Notes under the pieces: model-generated
Database searches by the model: none
What the model was told of the DNA's origin: nothing
What the model saw: the letters and a program-made list of their open reading frames with translations, nothing else
NCBI GenBank assembly: GCA_012295275.1
Contig: CM022679.1
Coordinates: 2,232,001 to 2,296,000 of the forward strand
Source: Chrysomallon squamiferum
Taxonomy: Eukaryota; Animalia; Mollusca
Reading direction: 5' to 3'
DNA: 64,000 nucleotides
Made by a program: the position numbers and the translations under genes
Shown here: positions 61,214 through 64,000 of the stretch, piece after piece
How the letters are laid out: each line of letters opens with the position of its first letter
Numbering within the stretch: the first letter of the stretch is position 1

Positions 61214-61733
61214 GTAAGTAGTTTGCTTTCAACTTCCTGCTGGAATCGTATTTATTTGATTTTATTATTATTGTTATTATTATTATTATTGTTATTATTG
61301 TTATTATTATTATTGTTATTATTATTATATTATTGTTGTTATTATTATTCAGGTTAAAATTTAAAATAAATTAATAAATAATATATATATATATATATAT
61401 AGATCCATGCATGTATGTATGTATGTATGTATGTATGTATATGACGAGTATTTTTCGGTAATTTCTTATTATTAGAACTTTATTTTCAAGACGAATATTT
61501 TGTAATTTGATAAAAATGTTTGTTTACAAGAATAGGTAATTCATGAGTGATTTCAGCTTGTAATTCGTTAGAATTTATTCTACAAGACGCACAAAACATT
61601 AATAAATGTGTTAAAAACGTGTTAACATCAGACAGTGTGTCTGTCTGTATGTTTGTCTCTCTGTCTTTGAATCTCTCTATCTGTCTGTCTGCCCATCTAT
61701 ATATGTCTGTCTATTTGTCTCTGTATCTCCCTA

Positions 61734-61785
<52 letters not shown>

Positions 61786-63014
61786 TCTTCCTATCTATTT
61801 ATCTGTCTGTTTGTCTATCTGTATATCTGTCTGTCTCTCTCTCTCTCTAGTTTCTGTTTGTACAACTATGTGTGTTTGAAGTGTGTAGAATACATTTTGA
61901 CTTTTCCTTCATATCACTAAAAGTGCACTTTATATGCACTGAATATGTTAAAATGTTGAACTGATATAAAATAAATACACATTAACATTACCAGTAATTT
62001 ATTTACAAGACAGGTTTACTCGAATTTGAATCTCAGTTAGCTTATATTTATGTTCTGTAGCCAATCCAGACAGGCAAATGTCACGTCATGACTCATAACT
62101 TTTTTTCTTTTCCGTTCGATGTCTGTTTTATAACTTCTGATAATTCTGTATTTTCAGAAACATCATACACAAACACATACATAAACACACAGTACATGCA
62201 CACAACACATACACACTAATACTCTTACAGATATATATAGTATTAAGATATAAATATATATATGTATGTATGTATGTATGTGTTTGTGTGTGTATTTGTA
62301 TATATATATATATCACATATATACACAAAATTACATAAATACACACATACATATATATGCACAAACATAAAATCAAAAAACATATAGACACAACACACAC
62401 ATACACCCACAATCACAACACAGCATTCACACACAAACATATAAACATACACACACATACACACTGGAAACATTAAGTCTTGACTCCTGGAATCAGTAGT
62501 CAGTGACTGGAGTAATCTCCCTTGTGTAGCAATCCGTTCTGCAATACTGATGTAAAAAAAAATAACAAATATCATTGACACCACACACACATACACACAC
62601 ACAGACACACATACACTCATACATACACACATATACGCACACACACACATGCACACACATACACAGACACTAGCAAACAATAGCATGATAATATTATTAA
62701 AAAGAACAAAAACTGCACGTCTGTTCGGCAGTGTTTAACTGGAGCTAGTGGGGACAAATATAAAACTTTCCAGTTTGTGAACATAACTGAAATATTACCG
62801 GAGTAAGTACAACACAATCAGCAGCAACCACTGATGGACACAAATACGCCATTGTTCCGCTCTAAATAATACTATTTTATTATTATTAATGATGATGATG
62901 ACAATGTCTAACAATAAATAAATATGAATATAAGTTAACAAATAAATGAAAGTAGTTTTCTATCTTTTAAATGTTAATATAGAAATAGATCGAGGCGATA
63001 TTAATTCATCATAG

Positions 63015-64000
63015 CAGGATATCAGTAACACGGTTCATTCTTTAATTAACGTACAGGATGTAAATAACAGGGTTTATTCATTAATTAACGTACAGGATGT
63101 AATTAACACGATTTATTCGTTACTTAACGTACATGATGTAATTAACATGGTGTATTCGTTAGTTAACGTTCAGGATTCAGTAATACGATTTATTCATTAA
63201 TTAACGTACAGGATGTCAGTAACGTGGTTTATTCATTAATTAACGTACTGGATGTAATTAACAGGGTTTATTCGTCAATTAACGTACATGATGTAATTAA
63301 CATGGTTTATTCGTCAATTAACGTACAGGATGTAATTAACATGGTTTATTCGTCAATTAACGTACAGGATGTAATTAACATAGTTTATTCGTTAATTAAC
63401 GTACAGGATGTAATTAACAGAGTTTATTCGTTAATTAACGTACAGGATGTAATTAACAGAGTTTATTCGTTAATTAACGTACAGGATGTAATTAACATAG
63501 TTTATTCGTTAATTAACGTACAGGATGTAATTAACAGGGTTTATTCATTAATTAACGTACAGGATGTAATTAACATAGTTTATTCGTTAATTAACGTACA
63601 GGATGTAATTAACATAGTTTATTCGTCAATTAACGTACAGGATTCAGTAACGTGGTTTATTCATTAATTAGCGTACAGGATGTAATTAACAGAGTTTATT
63701 CGTTAATTAACGTACAGGATGTAATTAACAGAGTTTATTCGTCAATTAACGTACAGGATGTAATTAACAGAGTTTATTCGTTAATTAACGTACAGGATGT
63801 AATTAACAGAGTTTATTCGTTAATTAACGTACAGGATGTAATTAACAGAGTTTATTCGTTAATTAACGTACAGGATGTAATTAACAGAGTTTATTCATTA
63901 ATTAACGTACAGGATGTAATTAACAGAGTTTATTCGTTAATTAACGCACAGGACGTAATTAACAGAGTTTATTCGTTAATTAACGTACAGGGTGTCAGTA
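63015..64000. repeat. 39-bp minisatellite array, at least 25 copies, runs off the right edge
   Basis: Unit TTATTCGTTAATTAACGTACAGGATGTAATTAACAGAGT; explains the 13-aa repeat ORF 63224-63667. Confidence 0.95.

Noticed and set aside
63015-64000. CRISPR-like array or repeat-protein ORF (63224-63667)
   Set aside because: Units are contiguous with no unique spacers and no cas genes; the context is a eukaryotic intron; the ORF is a by-product of a 39-bp unit without stops in one frame.

Overview
AT-rich, intron-rich animal DNA with many microsatellites; probably a mollusc or other lophotrochozoan (inference from repeat style and gene content). The first 23 kb holds four housekeeping genes in two head-to-head pairs: RINT1 (-, runs off the left edge, one U12-type intron) with UBC9/UBE2I (+), and an E4F1-like C2H2 zinc-finger gene (-) with RING1/RNF2 (+). 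From about 32.7 kb to beyond the right edge lies a CNBD2-like cyclic-nucleotide-binding gene (+). Its 12.1-kb intron (46034-58131) contains, antisense, a single-BIR IAP-like ORF with putative non-coding upstream exons and kB/ISRE-like motifs. A full-length but frameshifted Ty3/Gypsy LTR retrotransposon (49236-54107) is inserted 30 bp after the BIR stop codon. Several minisatellites occur, including tandem copies of a CNBD2 exon end plus splice donor and a 39-bp palindrome-containing array at the right edge. Exon structures were built by hand from splice signals and reading-frame continuity; protein identities rest on recalled motifs, not database searches.
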